From contig NC_086108.1 of the NCBI RefSeq assembly GCF_963921235.1, positions 65,908,001 to 65,972,000 of the forward strand: DNA of 64,000 nucleotides, read 5' to 3'. Below the pieces are notes generated by a model. That model was not told where the DNA came from, made no database searches, and saw nothing but the letters and a program-made list of their open reading frames with translations. A program made the position numbers and the translations under genes. The stretch is from Mobula hypostoma. Taxonomy: Eukaryota. Below, piece by piece: positions 11,774-32,039 of this stretch (position 1 is its first letter; each line of letters opens with the position of its first letter).

Positions 11774-14700
11774 TAGAATGGTTGGGGGGTGGGAATCAAA
11801 TTAAAGAGGCTAGGCGTGAGGAGGTTAGTTCACGACAGAGGGATGGGAACCAGTGTAGGGAGACAGAGGGGTGTAAAGTGAGGGTAGAAGCAAAAAGTAC
11901 AAAGGAGAAAAGTAAAAGTGGCAGGCCGACAAATCCAGGGCAAGCATTAAAAAGGGCCACTTTTCAACATAATTGTATAAGGGCTAAGAGAGTTGTAAAA
12001 GAGCGCCTGAAGGCTTTATGTGTCAATGCAAGGAGCATTCGTAGTAAGGTGGATGAATTGAAAGTGCAGATTTTTATTAATGATTATGATATAGTTGGGA
12101 TCACAGAGACATGGCTCCAGGGTGACCAGGGATGGGAGCTCAACGTTCAAGGATATTCAATATTCAGGAGGGATAGACATGAAGGAAGGGGAGGTGGGGT
12201 GGCGTTGCTGGTTAAAGAAGAGATTAACGCAATAGAAAGGAAAGACATAAGCCGGGGAGATGTGGAATCGATATGGGTAGAGCTGCGTAACACTAAGGGG
12301 CAGAAGACGCTGGTGGGAGTTGTGTACAGGCCACCTAACAGTAGTAGTGAGGTCGGAGATGGTATTAAACAGGAAATTAGAAATGTGTGCAATAAAGGAA
12401 CAGCAGTTATAATGGGTGACTTCAATCTACATGTAGACTGGGTGAACCAAATTGGTAAAGGTGCTGAGGAAGAGGATTTCTTGGAATGTATGAGGGATGG
12501 TTTTTTGAACCAACATGTCGAGGAACCAACGAGAGAGCAGGCTATTCTGGACTGGGTTTTGAGCAATGAGGAAGGGTTAATTAGCAATCTTGTAGTGAGA
12601 GGCCCCTTGGGTAAGAGTGACCATAATATGGTGGAATTCTTCATTAAGATGGAGAGTGACATAGTTAATTCAGAAACAAAGGTTCTGAACTTAAAGAGGG
12701 GTAACTTTGAAGGTATGAGAAGTGAATTAGCTAAGATAGACTGGCAAATGACACTTAAAGGATTGACGGTGGATATGCAATGGCAAGCATTTAAAGGTTG
12801 CATGGATGAACTACAACAATTGTTCATCCCAGTTTGGCAAAAGAATAAATCAAGGAAGGTAGTGCACCCGTGGCTGACAAGAGAAATTAGGGATAGTATC
12901 AATTCCAAAGAAGAAGCATACAAATTAGCCAGAGAAAGTGGCTCACCTGAGGACTGGGAGAAATTCAGAGTTCAGCAGAGGAGGACAAAGGGCTTAATTA
13001 GGAAGGGGAAAAAAGATTATGAGAGAAAACTGGCAGGGAACATAAAAACAGACTGTAAAAGCTTTTATAGATATGTAAAAAGGAAAAGACTGGTAAAGAC
13101 AAATGTAGGTTCCCTGCAGACAGAAACAGGTGAATTGATTATGGGGAGCAAGGACATGGCAGACCAATTGAATAATTACTTTGGTTCTGTCTTCACTAAG
13201 GAGGACATAAATAATCTTCCGGAAATAGTAAGGGACAGAGGGTCCAGTGAGATGGAGGAACTGAGCGAAATACAAGTTAGTAGGGAAGTGGTGTTAGGTA
13301 AATTGAAGGGATTGAAGGCAGATAAATCCCCAGGGCCAGATGGTCTGCATCTTAGAGTGCTTAAGGAAGTAGCCCAAGAAATAGTGGATGCATTAGTGAT
13401 AATTTTTCAAAACTCGTTAGATTCTGGACTAGTTCCTGAGGATTGGAGGGTGGCTAATGTAACCCCACTTTTTAAAAAAGGAGGGAGAGAGAAACCGGGG
13501 AATTATAGACCGGTTAGCCTAACGTCGGTGGTGGGGAAACTGCTGGAGTCAGTTATCAAGGATGTGATAACAGCACATTTGGAAAGCGGTGAAATGGTCG
13601 GACAAAGTCAGCATGGATTTGTGAAAGGAAAATCATGTCTGACAAATCTCTTAGAATTTTTTGAGGATGTAACTAGTAGAGTGGATAGGGGGGAACCAGT
13701 GGATGTGGTATATTTGGATTTTCAAAAGGCTTTTGACAAGGTCCCACACAGGAGATTAGTGTGCAAACTTAAAGCACACGGTATTGGGGGTAAGGTATTG
13801 GTGTGGGTGGAGAATTGGTTAGCAGACAGGAAGCAAAGAGTGGGAATAAACGGGACCTTTTCAGAATGGCAGGCGGTGGCTAGTGGGGTACCGCAAGGCT
13901 CAGTGCTGGGACCCCAGTTGTTTACAATATATATTAATGACTTGGATGAGGGAATTAAATGCAGCATCTCCAAGTCTGCGGATGACACGAAGCTGGGTGG
14001 CAGTGTTAGCAGTGAGGAGGATGCTAAGAGGATGCAGGGTGACTTGGATAGGTTGGGTGAGTGGGCAAATTCATGGCAGATGCAATTTAATGTGGATAAA
14101 TGTGAAGTTATCCACTTTGGTGGCAAAAATAGGAAAACAGATTATTATCTGAATGGTGGCCGATTAGGAAAAGGGGAGGTGCAACGAGACCTGGGTGTCA
14201 TTATACACCAGTCATTGAAAGTGGGCATGCAGGTACAGCAGGCGGTGAAAAAGGCGAATGGTATGCTGGCATTTATAGCGAGAGGATTTGAGTACAGGAG
14301 CAGGGAGGTACTACTGCAGTTGTACAAGGCCTTGGTGAGACCACACCTGGAGTATTGTGTGCAGTTTTGGTCCCCTAATCTGAGGAAAGACATCTTTGCC
14401 ATAGAGGGAGTACAAAGAAGGTTCACCAGATTGATTCCTGGGATGGCAGGACTTTCATATGAAGAAAGACTGGATGAACTGGGCTTGTACTCGTTGGAAT
14501 TTAGAAGATTGAGGGGGGATCTGATTGAAACGTATAAGATCCTAAAGGGATTGGACAGGCTAGATGCAGGAAGATTGTTCCCGATGTTGGGGAAGTCCAG
14601 AACGAGGGGCCACAGTTTGAGGATAGAGGGGAAGCCTTTTAGGACCGAGATTAGGAAAAACTTCTTCACACAGAGAGTGGTGAATCTGTGGAATTCTCTG

Positions 14701-14910
14701 CCACAGGAAACTGTTGAGGCCAGTTCATTGGCTATATTTAAGAGGGAGTTAGATATGGCCCTTGTGGCTACGGGGGTCAGGGGGTATGGAGGGAAGGCTG
14801 GGGCGTGGTTCTGAGTTGGATGATCAGCCATGATCATAATAAATGGCGGTGCAGGCTCGAAGGGCCAAATGGCCTACTCCTGCACCTATTTTCTATGTTT
14901 CTATGTTTCT
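11774..14910 (+). mobile_element. Young CR1 LINE, 5'-truncated at the ORF1 stop, with full ORF2 and 3' UTR
   Basis: Uninterrupted 3-kb ORF; (TTTCTATG)n tail; taaac duplicated at 11769-11773 and 14910-14914. Confidence 0.93.
11782..14814 (+). CDS. CR1 ORF2: APE endonuclease plus reverse transcriptase
   Basis: EN motifs NARSI, GITETW, GVVYRPP, MGDFN, SDH; RT motifs NYRPVSLTS, YLDFQKAFDKVPH, GVPQGSVLGP, KSADD (normally FADD). No in-frame ATG before the EN domain. Confidence 0.92.
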   Translation: MGGGNQIKEARREEVSSRQRDGNQCRETEGCKVRVEAKSTKEKSKSGRPTNPGQALKRATFQHNCIRAKRVVKERLKALCVNARSIRSKVDELKVQIFINDYDIVGITETWLQGDQGWELNVQGYSIFRRDRHEGRGGGVALLVKEEINAIERKDISRGDVESIWVELRNTKGQKTLVGVVYRPPNSSSEVGDGIKQEIRNVCNKGTAVIMGDFNLHVDWVNQIGKGAEEEDFLECMRDGFLNQHVEEPTREQAILDWVLSNEEGLISNLVVRGPLGKSDHNMVEFFIKMESDIVNSETKVLNLKRGNFEGMRSELAKIDWQMTLKGLTVDMQWQAFKGCMDELQQLFIPVWQKNKSRKVVHPWLTREIRDSINSKEEAYKLARESGSPEDWEKFRVQQRRTKGLIRKGKKDYERKLAGNIKTDCKSFYRYVKRKRLVKTNVGSLQTETGELIMGSKDMADQLNNYFGSVFTKEDINNLPEIVRDRGSSEMEELSEIQVSREVVLGKLKGLKADKSPGPDGLHLRVLKEVAQEIVDALVIIFQNSLDSGLVPEDWRVANVTPLFKKGGREKPGNYRPVSLTSVVGKLLESVIKDVITAHLESGEMVGQSQHGFVKGKSCLTNLLEFFEDVTSRVDRGEPVDVVYLDFQKAFDKVPHRRLVCKLKAHGIGGKVLVWVENWLADRKQRVGINGTFSEWQAVASGVPQGSVLGPQLFTIYINDLDEGIKCSISKSADDTKLGGSVSSEEDAKRMQGDLDRLGEWANSWQMQFNVDKCEVIHFGGKNRKTDYYLNGGRLGKGEVQRDLGVIIHQSLKVGMQVQQAVKKANGMLAFIARGFEYRSREVLLQLYKALVRPHLEYCVQFWSPNLRKDIFAIEGVQRRFTRLIPGMAGLSYEERLDELGLYSLEFRRLRGDLIETYKILKGLDRLDAGRLFPMLGKSRTRGHSLRIEGKPFRTEIRKNFFTQRVVNLWNSLPQETVEASSLAIFKRELDMALVATGVRGYGGKAGAWF

Positions 14911-16223
14911 AAACGGCTTGTCATATGAGGAGTGTTTGATGGCTCTGGGCCTCTTTTCACTGGTATTCAGAAGAATGAAGGATGACCTCATTGAAACCTA
15001 TCTAATGGTGAAAGGCCTTGATAGAGTGGATGTGGAGAGGATATTTCCTAAGGTAGGAGTGTCTGAGACCAGAGGACACAGCCTCAGAATAGAGGGGCAT
15101 CCTCTTAGAACGGAGATGAGGGGGAATTTCTTTAGCCAGAGAGTAATGAATCAGTGAAATTCATTGCCAAAGGCAGCTGTGGAGGCCAACTCTTTATGTA
15201 TATTTAAGGCAGAGGTTGATTGATTCTTGATTGGTCAGAGCATGAAAGGATGCGGGGTGAAGGCTGGGAGGGAAAATAGATCAGCCATGATGAAATGGCA
15301 GAGCAGACTCGATGGGCCAATGGCCTAATTCTATTCATATACCTTATGGTCTTATATTTTGAACTATTTGGGCTTTGCATTCATTTTAACAACTGTTAAT
15401 TTTATAACGGTTCAGAGGTTTAGCATTATCTTTGTAGATGCAAAGGTAACTAAAGGTTATTTTCTGGTGTTCCAGCAATAATCCTGTAACAGTTATTAGT
15501 GTCTATATGGCAGTGACAAGCAAGAACTTGAGTAAACTAACTCAGAATACACACCCACTTACTCTATTAGCACAGAAAATTTTAAGAATGTGAACCAATA
15601 TTTTCTTGAAATTAAGATTGTCAAAATATTTATTTATTGCATACAATAATGGGTTAGTATTAGGATTGTAATCTAACCTTCTTGGATTGTGAACCCACTA
15701 TTAGATAAGTGATTATCTATAGTTGTTTGTTAAGCACTCTTTTTTTGAAAGTGAATGAGTAGCAAAGAGGGTAGGAAACACTGCAGAAGGATTAATTCCA
15801 CAGACACAAGTGATTTCATTTTTTTTGAGGTGAGAACAATATTTATAGTGCAATGATTATATTGTAAATCAGAGGTTTGGACCCTACAAAACAGATGTGA
15901 ATTCGAAGAAATGAGATACATAACTACAGTCAATGCTGTTCATTGCGATATCTTGGTAACCAAAATAACCAGATAAACAGCATTTCATTTGACATTTTAC
16001 TTGTTAATAAACTTAACAACATTTCAATGTTTGTCTGATAGTTATGCCCTTAGCTCTCTTTTACAAGCAGGCAACAGGGGTATCTGCTGAAATCCAGAGG
16101 ATACCTTCTTCATTATGCAAATAAAGATCTTTTATCATGATTGGGACCTAACCACTTTAATCCAGACCATGGGGAAGCCGTTGTTGATTATTCCACCAAG
16201 CACATTTAATGGGAGTATAATAA

Positions 16224-17028
16224 CACTGGACAACAAATATTTTGCTTCCTGAATACTTTTGTATGCGTCTTATGGATCTTGGACTACTGATCATAAAAAT
16301 CACCATGAAATTTCCCTATCACATACCAACTTTTTGAAATAACCTATATTTGTTATTTCAATTCATAACCCAAGTCAGAACACCCGATGCCAAGGTTAAG
16401 GAAGGCATTTGTGTTGGTCCACAAATTAAACAGGTCATCAATGACAGGCAATTTGAAGAACTTCTCGTGGGACCGAAGAAAATCACATGGAAGGTATTCA
16501 AGGATGTTCTTCAAAATTTTCTTGGCAACTAAAGCGCATCAAACTACATGCAGCTGGTTGATAATATGCTTCAAGCATACAGAACCATGAAGTGCAACAT
16601 GCCACTAAAGATTTATTTTCTGCATTCCTATGTAGACTTCTTCCCTACAAATCTTGGTGCTGTCAGTGACGACCATGGTGAAATATTTCACCAGGACATT
16701 GTGGTCATGGAGAAGCAGTAACAGGGCAACTGAAATCCATCAATGATGGCTGATTATTGTTGGACACTTATGTGCAAAGCCTTACGCACTTGAGTACAAA
16801 TGAAAATCAGCAACAAAACATTTTTAGCTTGGTTGATCTATTGCAAAACATCAGCACTATTATACAATTATACACATTATATTCAATATAACTTAATTTC
16901 TTTTTTTCTCCAAATTCCTACGTGATACAAATAGTCTGAAATTAGATTCATGTTCTGCATCATGGTCTATCTTAAACAAAAAATAATTTCTGAGAAAGCA
17001 ACGCTTTTGAAAAATTTGTTGTCTAGTG
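16224..17028 (+). mobile_element. Chapaev3-type (CMC) DNA transposon, internally deleted
   Basis: TIRs cactggacaacaaa / tttgttgtctagtg; TAA on both flanks; transposase C-terminal remnants VKEGICVGPQIK...FLGN...CNMPLKIYFLHSYVDFFPTNLGAVSDDHGE. Confidence 0.85.
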
Positions 17029-17369
17029 TAATCAATAGAAGAGTTGCATCCTTGTGTTTGGACTGATGCATTGAGACTTAATAGGAATACAAAAGTAATC
17101 TTCTGGTTTATTATTTGTAAATTCTGTTTAAAAACAGAACAAGATTGGTATACACATTCTGTTGAGATTGTGCATTTACAAATTGTATCAATGCAATTAC
17201 TCAAATGGAATTTCTAATTCTCATTCAATAGCCTTATAGAATTATGTCATCCCAGTACAGTGAAGCTATGACTTTTGATGGTTCAGAAAATCCTGAAGGT
17301 CTGTCATCTGGCTCATTCATTATTTTGGAATGTGAGCTGAGGTTTAGATTGCAGGCAGCGTATGTGGCG

Positions 17370-17462
17370 GGAGCCAGGGTCTATATCGTGGGTCAGTGGA
17401 GCCAGGGTCTATATCGTGGGTCAGTGGAGGCAGGTCTATATCGTGAGCCAGTGGAGCCAGGG
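17370..17462. repeat. Minisatellite, about 28-bp unit x 3.3 (gtggagccagggtctatatcgtgggtca)
   Basis: Direct tandem copies visible. Confidence 0.85.
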
Positions 17463-17559
17463 TAAGGGTGCAGAACAGCAAAAGTCAGCAACATGGGTAG
17501 GTTTGAGGTGAAGCTGAAGTTTATAGGTTTCCTGACCCTTTTAAACTCACAGGATGCCC

Positions 17560-18118
17560 TTGAGTATTGTGAGCAGTTTTGGGCCCCTTATCTAAGAAAG
17601 GATGTGCCAGCATAGAAGAGGGTCCAGATGAGGTTCACAAGAATGATCCTGGGAATGAAAGGTTAAATATATGAGGGGCATTTAATGCATCTGGTCCTGT
17701 ACTTGTTGAAGAATAGAAAAATGAGAGGGGATCTCTTTGAAACCTATTAAATATTGAAGGGCTTAGATAGAGTGAACATAGAGAGGGTGTTTCCTATAGT
17801 GGAGGAGCCTAGGATCAGAGGGCACAGCCTCAAAAATAGAAGGACGTCCCTTTAGAACAGAGATGAAGAGGAATTTCTTTAGCCAGAGGGTAGCAAATCT
17901 GTGAAATTTACTGCCACAGATGGCTGTGGAGCCCAAGTCAGGATATATTTAAAGCAAAAGTTGATAGATTCTTGATTAGTAAGAATGTCAAAAGTTACAG
18001 GAAGAAGGCAGGAGATGGTGTTGAATGGGATAATAAATCAGCCGTGATGGAATGGCAGCGCAGACTTGATGGGCTAAATGGCCTAATTCTGCTCCTACAC
18101 AATACCTTATGGTCTTAT
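17560..18118 (+). mobile_element. CR1 LINE 3' fragment (degraded)
   Basis: LEYCEQFWAPYLRKDV..., NFFSQRV; CR1 3' UTR ggcctaattctgctccta; cttatggtcttat tail. Confidence 0.8.
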
Positions 18119-18179
18119 TCACTGAAAAATTTATGGTACTATTCTGTAACATGTGAAGATCAAAGTGAAATATATATAT

Positions 18180-18633
18180 ACAACACACATCAAAGTTGCT
18201 GGTGAACGCAGCAGGCCAGGTAGCATCTCTAGGAAGAGGTACAGTCGATGTTTCAAGCCGAGACCCTACGTCAGGTCTAACTGAAAGAAGAGCTAGTAAG
18301 AGATTTGAAAGTGGTAGGGGGAGGGGGAGATCCAAAATGATAGGATAAGACAGGAGGGGGAGGGATGGAGACAAGAGCTGGACAGTTGATTGGCAAAAGG
18401 GATATGAAAGGATCATGGGACAGGAGGCCCAGGGAGAAAGAAAAGGGTGAGGGGGGGGGAACCCAGAGGATGGGCAAGGGGTATAGTGAGAGGGACAGAG
18501 GGAGAAAAAGGAGAGAGAGAAAGAATGTGTGTATATGGATGGGGTACGAGGAGGGGGTGGGGCATTGGCGAAAGTTTGAGAAGTCAATGTTCATGCCATC
18601 AGGTTGGAGGCTACCCAGATGGAATATAAGGTG
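18180..18633 (-). mobile_element. Penelope-like element 3' part: GIY-YIG C-terminus plus decayed hammerhead
   Basis: Minus strand encodes QHLIFHLGSLQPDGMNIDFSNFRQ, then a pyrimidine-rich tract and CTGACGT...GAAACATC; same family as 31379..32138. Confidence 0.8.
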
Positions 18634-19309
18634 CTGTACATTCTTTCTCTCAGTTTACACAGTTTGACTCTGAAATATGTAATAGAGATTTACTGTAGCT
18701 CTGTCCTTGGGGATTTGGGAATTCTGCACTGTCACACTTCAGCTGGTGAGCGAGATTCCAAAGAGTAAGTCCCTTTTATGACTAATTATCATTTGAGGCC
18801 ATTCCTAATAGTAATTAGGGCGAATCAGGGTTTTGTTTGCTCTATTAATTCTGATTTCCAATCCAGTAATTCAGAGAAAAAAAAATGGAATGTTGGGATA
18901 TATTTATGAGATTATTAACTATAAACCAAACAATTCTTTTTTATATGATTGTACAAGACGTTGGTTAGATCTCAAAAGGTATACTGTGTCCAGTTTGGTC
19001 TTCTATTTTTATTTAGTTTTAATTAACTTGATTAATAAATACTTATAAACCCTTGGTAAATTGTACTAATGTAAGTGAGGTAATAGTGACTGTTTTGAAC
19101 ATTCAAACAAATTAATATTGGTCCGTCTACAATTAATTTTAACAATGGTTTTAAAGAGAACCATCTGCAAGATGCACAGCAAGAGCTTGCCAAGATTTTT
19201 TTGACAGAACTTCTCGGGTACCAGGCAACAAGCACATTAAGACAGTACTCTAATTTCCCTTTCAAGTCACACATCATCTGGATTTCAAAAAATATTGCCT
19301 TTCTCCTAG

Positions 19310-19867
19310 AACAAGTGGCCACCCATTTTAATTCCATTTCCCATTTCCGTTCAGATATGCCCATCTATGGCCTCCTCCACTGTCATAATGAGGCCACGCC
19401 TAGGCTGGAGGAACAACACTTGTATTCCATTTGAGTTGTCTTCAATCTGATGGCATGAACATCAATTTCTCAAATTTACGGCAATGTCCCTCAAACACCC
19501 CCTTCACCATTTCCATCCCCTTTCCCTTCCCTCACCTTATCTCCTTGCCCACCCATGGACTCCCTCCATCTCTCCCCCCCCCAGTTTTCTTTCTTCCATG
19601 GCTTTCTATCTCTTTCACCAATCAACTTCCTAGCGCTTTACTTCATCCTTCCTCCTCCAGGTTTCACCTACCACCTAGTAGTTCTCTCTCCCCCTCGCCT
19701 CACCTTTAAAATCTACTCCTCAGCATTTTTTCTCCAGTCCTGCCGAAGGATTTCAGCCCAAAATGTCGACTATACTTCTCTCCGTAGATGCTGCCTGGCC
19801 TGCTGAGTTCCTCCACCATTTTGTGTGTTGCTCAGATTTACAGCATCAGCAGATTTTTTTCTTGTTT
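19310..19867 (+). mobile_element. Penelope-like element 3' part: GIY-YIG C-terminus plus decayed hammerhead
   Basis: VATHFNSISHFRSDMPIYGLLHCHNEATPRLEEQHL...LQSDGMNINFSNLR; cagtcCTGCCGAaggatttcagcccAAAAtgtcgact at about 19735-19771. Confidence 0.8.
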
Positions 19868-20939
19868 GCCTTTCCTTCATTGTCATTGTAGCAAAATCTG
19901 TCACTTCTTACCTAACACTATTATAAAAATACTTACATTATATAAAATGCATTGGTTAACAAAGTCACTGGAACGAAATAAACCATAGACTTGCCAGTCA
20001 TACTCATATCCTGTGAATGAATATTCTGGACAAGAACTTGTGGTGCAAGACATTAATAAACTTGCAGAAAGTGCAAATAACTGGCAAATGAATTTCAAAG
20101 ATATTTGAGAGGTAATATTTTACAAGGAAATGGAGGACATTTGTTATTTGGGTGATGTGACTTTAGAGGAAAAAAGTATCGCTGTAAATTGCACTAAGAG
20201 CAGAAAATGTTGGAGACATTCTGTAGATTAGATAGCACCCATGGAAAGAGAAGAAAAGTTAATGTTTCAGTACCAAGATCGTTCGTCAGAAGTGTATAAG
20301 TTGTGCTGCAGGCATCACGTAAAGGTGATCGAGTATGAAGATTTAACTCTGGAGGGATGCAAGTGAAAAATGGGGACCTAATTCTAAACCTTTTCTGAGC
20401 TTTGATATTGCGTAGATTCCGTCATCATGATAAATATCTGATACTGCAGGGCATATGTTTTAACTACGATACCGCATATGTGGTTATACATATCAGGAAG
20501 GGATGAAGGAACTATAATTTCTTTTCTTCTGAGAAAAGCTTGAGGGCGGACTTAAGAGATCTTTAAAATCGTGGAAGGTTTTGGTAGAATAAATACAGTG
20601 AGAATGTTCCCATTCGTGAATAAGAACGCAAGTGGGGGAAATTAGTGTATAAGTAATGCAATAAGATACTTAGAAGAAACTTATTTGCCCAAATTGCAAT
20701 TATAAAGCGGGATCTTCTACTACAAGTGTGACTAAAGTGGACAGTTTAGAAACAAAACAACGAGAGAAGGAAGAAGGTTACGGAGGTTTAGCTGAGGGAG
20801 CGTGGAAAGAGCAAAACGTGATGTTCAAAGATCCAAAAGGTTCATTGATGTTCCGGGAAAGTTAATACCCGGACGTTTGGGGATTAAACAATAAAGATTG
20901 TATTTATTTTAAGGGTGGCAAACTTGCTCATTACTTTAG

Positions 20940-30479
<9,540 letters not shown>

Positions 30480-31437
30480 AGTTATATAGACCTAATGCTT
30501 GTGCTTAGTTAGAGTAACTATTGTATTCTATCCTTGTTTGTTTTAAATTACTGTATTTTTGGGTACAAGTATTTTATGTTTTGATGCATTCATTACTTTT
30601 GTAAAAATTATTTGTTAAGGTGTAATGAAGACATGCTACATTTTCAAATTTGTTTCACAATTTTCTTCCAAATTCAATTTGTTATTTGTAGAGTAAAAAT
30701 GTTCATCTGAAATTTGTCCTTGCTTAAGGATGTATCCACATGCTCTTGAAATGCAGTGACTTGTGACTGATTGTTTTCATACCAAATGAGATCATATTTG
30801 ACATGCAGCGGGTGCACAATTCAATATTTTCAAATTAATTCGTGCAAATTAATTTGTCATTTTTAGTATCAACTTCCCCCACATTTTAAAATTTAAATGC
30901 ATATTGACAGAACTTAAAGGAAATACAGAGAGTGAAGTATTATGTTAAATAATACTATTCGTTAATCCTTAAGTACATTTTTTTCTAGAGGAACAACCAA
31001 TTTAGAAAGAATTACCATTGAAATCACATTTGCACGCGTTCATTTATTTGTGTACTTTTGAAAGTAAATTCATGCATTGGAATTTTTAATGTGTAAAAAT
31101 GACAAAACATTTTTATGTACATTGCAGTATAGTTTCCCACAGGTCGAACATTTTTAGAGGGCAAGGAGTTGACTCTGGAAGTGGTAGCTGAGAACTTTTT
31201 GCAGGCTGGTATTACGTTGGTTGAAGATCTTGGTAAAGAAATCTTTCAAGTCTAAATATTAGATCTTGAAATGGTGAGAAAAATCAGAGCAACTGAACTA
31301 CTATCCTGTATAAAAACGATGACAAACACTGTCATTTTCTACCATTCTGAAACTTTGATAGGACACTTCCTAATGTGACACACATAAAAGTTGCTGGTGA
31401 ACGCAGCAGGCCAGGCAGCATCTATTGGAAGAGGTAC

Positions 31438-31473
31438 AGTCGACGTTTCGGGCCGAGACCCTTCGTCAGGACT
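31438..31473 (-). ncRNA. Minimal type I hammerhead ribozyme motif (mirror copy)
   Basis: Exact reverse complement of 32004..32039. Confidence 0.8.
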
Positions 31474-32003
31474 AACTGAAAGAAGAGATAGTAAGCGATT
31501 TAAAAGGGGGAGTGGGAGGGGGAGATCCGAAATGATAGGAGAAGACAGGAGGGGGAGGGATGGAGCCAGGAGCTGGACAGTTGATTGGCAAAAGGGATAT
31601 GAGAGGATCATGGGACAGGAGGCCCAGGGAGAAGGAAAAGGGGCAGGGGGGGAACCCAGAGGATGGGCAAGGGGTATAGTGAGAGGGACAGGGGGAGAAA
31701 AAGAATGTGTGTGTCCCTTGTACCCCATCTGTTATTTATTTATTTATATACACACATTCTTTTTCTCTCTCTCCTTTTTCTCCCCCTGTCCCTCTCACTA
31801 TACCCCTTGCCCAACCTCTGGGTTCCCCCCCTCCCCCTTTTCCTTCTCCCTGGGCCTCCTGTCCCATGATCCTCTCATATCCCTTTTGCCAATCAACTGT
31901 CCAGCTCCTGTTTCCATCCCTCCCCCTCCTGTCTTCTCCTATCATTTCGGATCTCCCCCTCCCCCTCCCCCTTTCAAATCTCTTACTAGCTGTTCTTTCA
32001 GTT

Positions 32004-32039
32004 AGTCCTGACGAAGGGTCTCGGCCCGAAACGTCGACT
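32004..32039 (+). ncRNA. Minimal type I hammerhead ribozyme motif (sense to CMPK1)
   Basis: Helix I AGUC/GACU; core CUGACGA 32008-32014 plus an extra A; helix II GGGU-CUCG-GCCC; GAAA 32028-32031; palindromic ACGU replacing helix III; GUC cleavage triplet ending at 32035. Confidence 0.8.

Larger units (their letters stand above)
10930..15354 (+). mobile_element. Older CR1 LINE (RT and 3' end), split by the young CR1 at 11774..14910
   Basis: Frameshifted SQHGF, YLDFQKAFDKVPH, VTSGFPQESVL, KFADNTK. Reading resumes across the insertion as MIPGLN|GLSYEE; tail cttatggtcttat. Confidence 0.85.

Noticed and set aside
12147..14837. Long antisense ORFs within CR1 (258, 134 and 230 aa)
   Set aside because: Shadows of the ORF2 codon pattern; the 230-aa one is broken in the sibling copy at 34242-34928
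17232..17331. Possible + strand exon (caatag|...GAAT|gtgagc; PYRIMSSQYSEAMTFDGSENPEG...)
   Set aside because: No homology recognised and no partner exons; could be chance or a lncRNA exon
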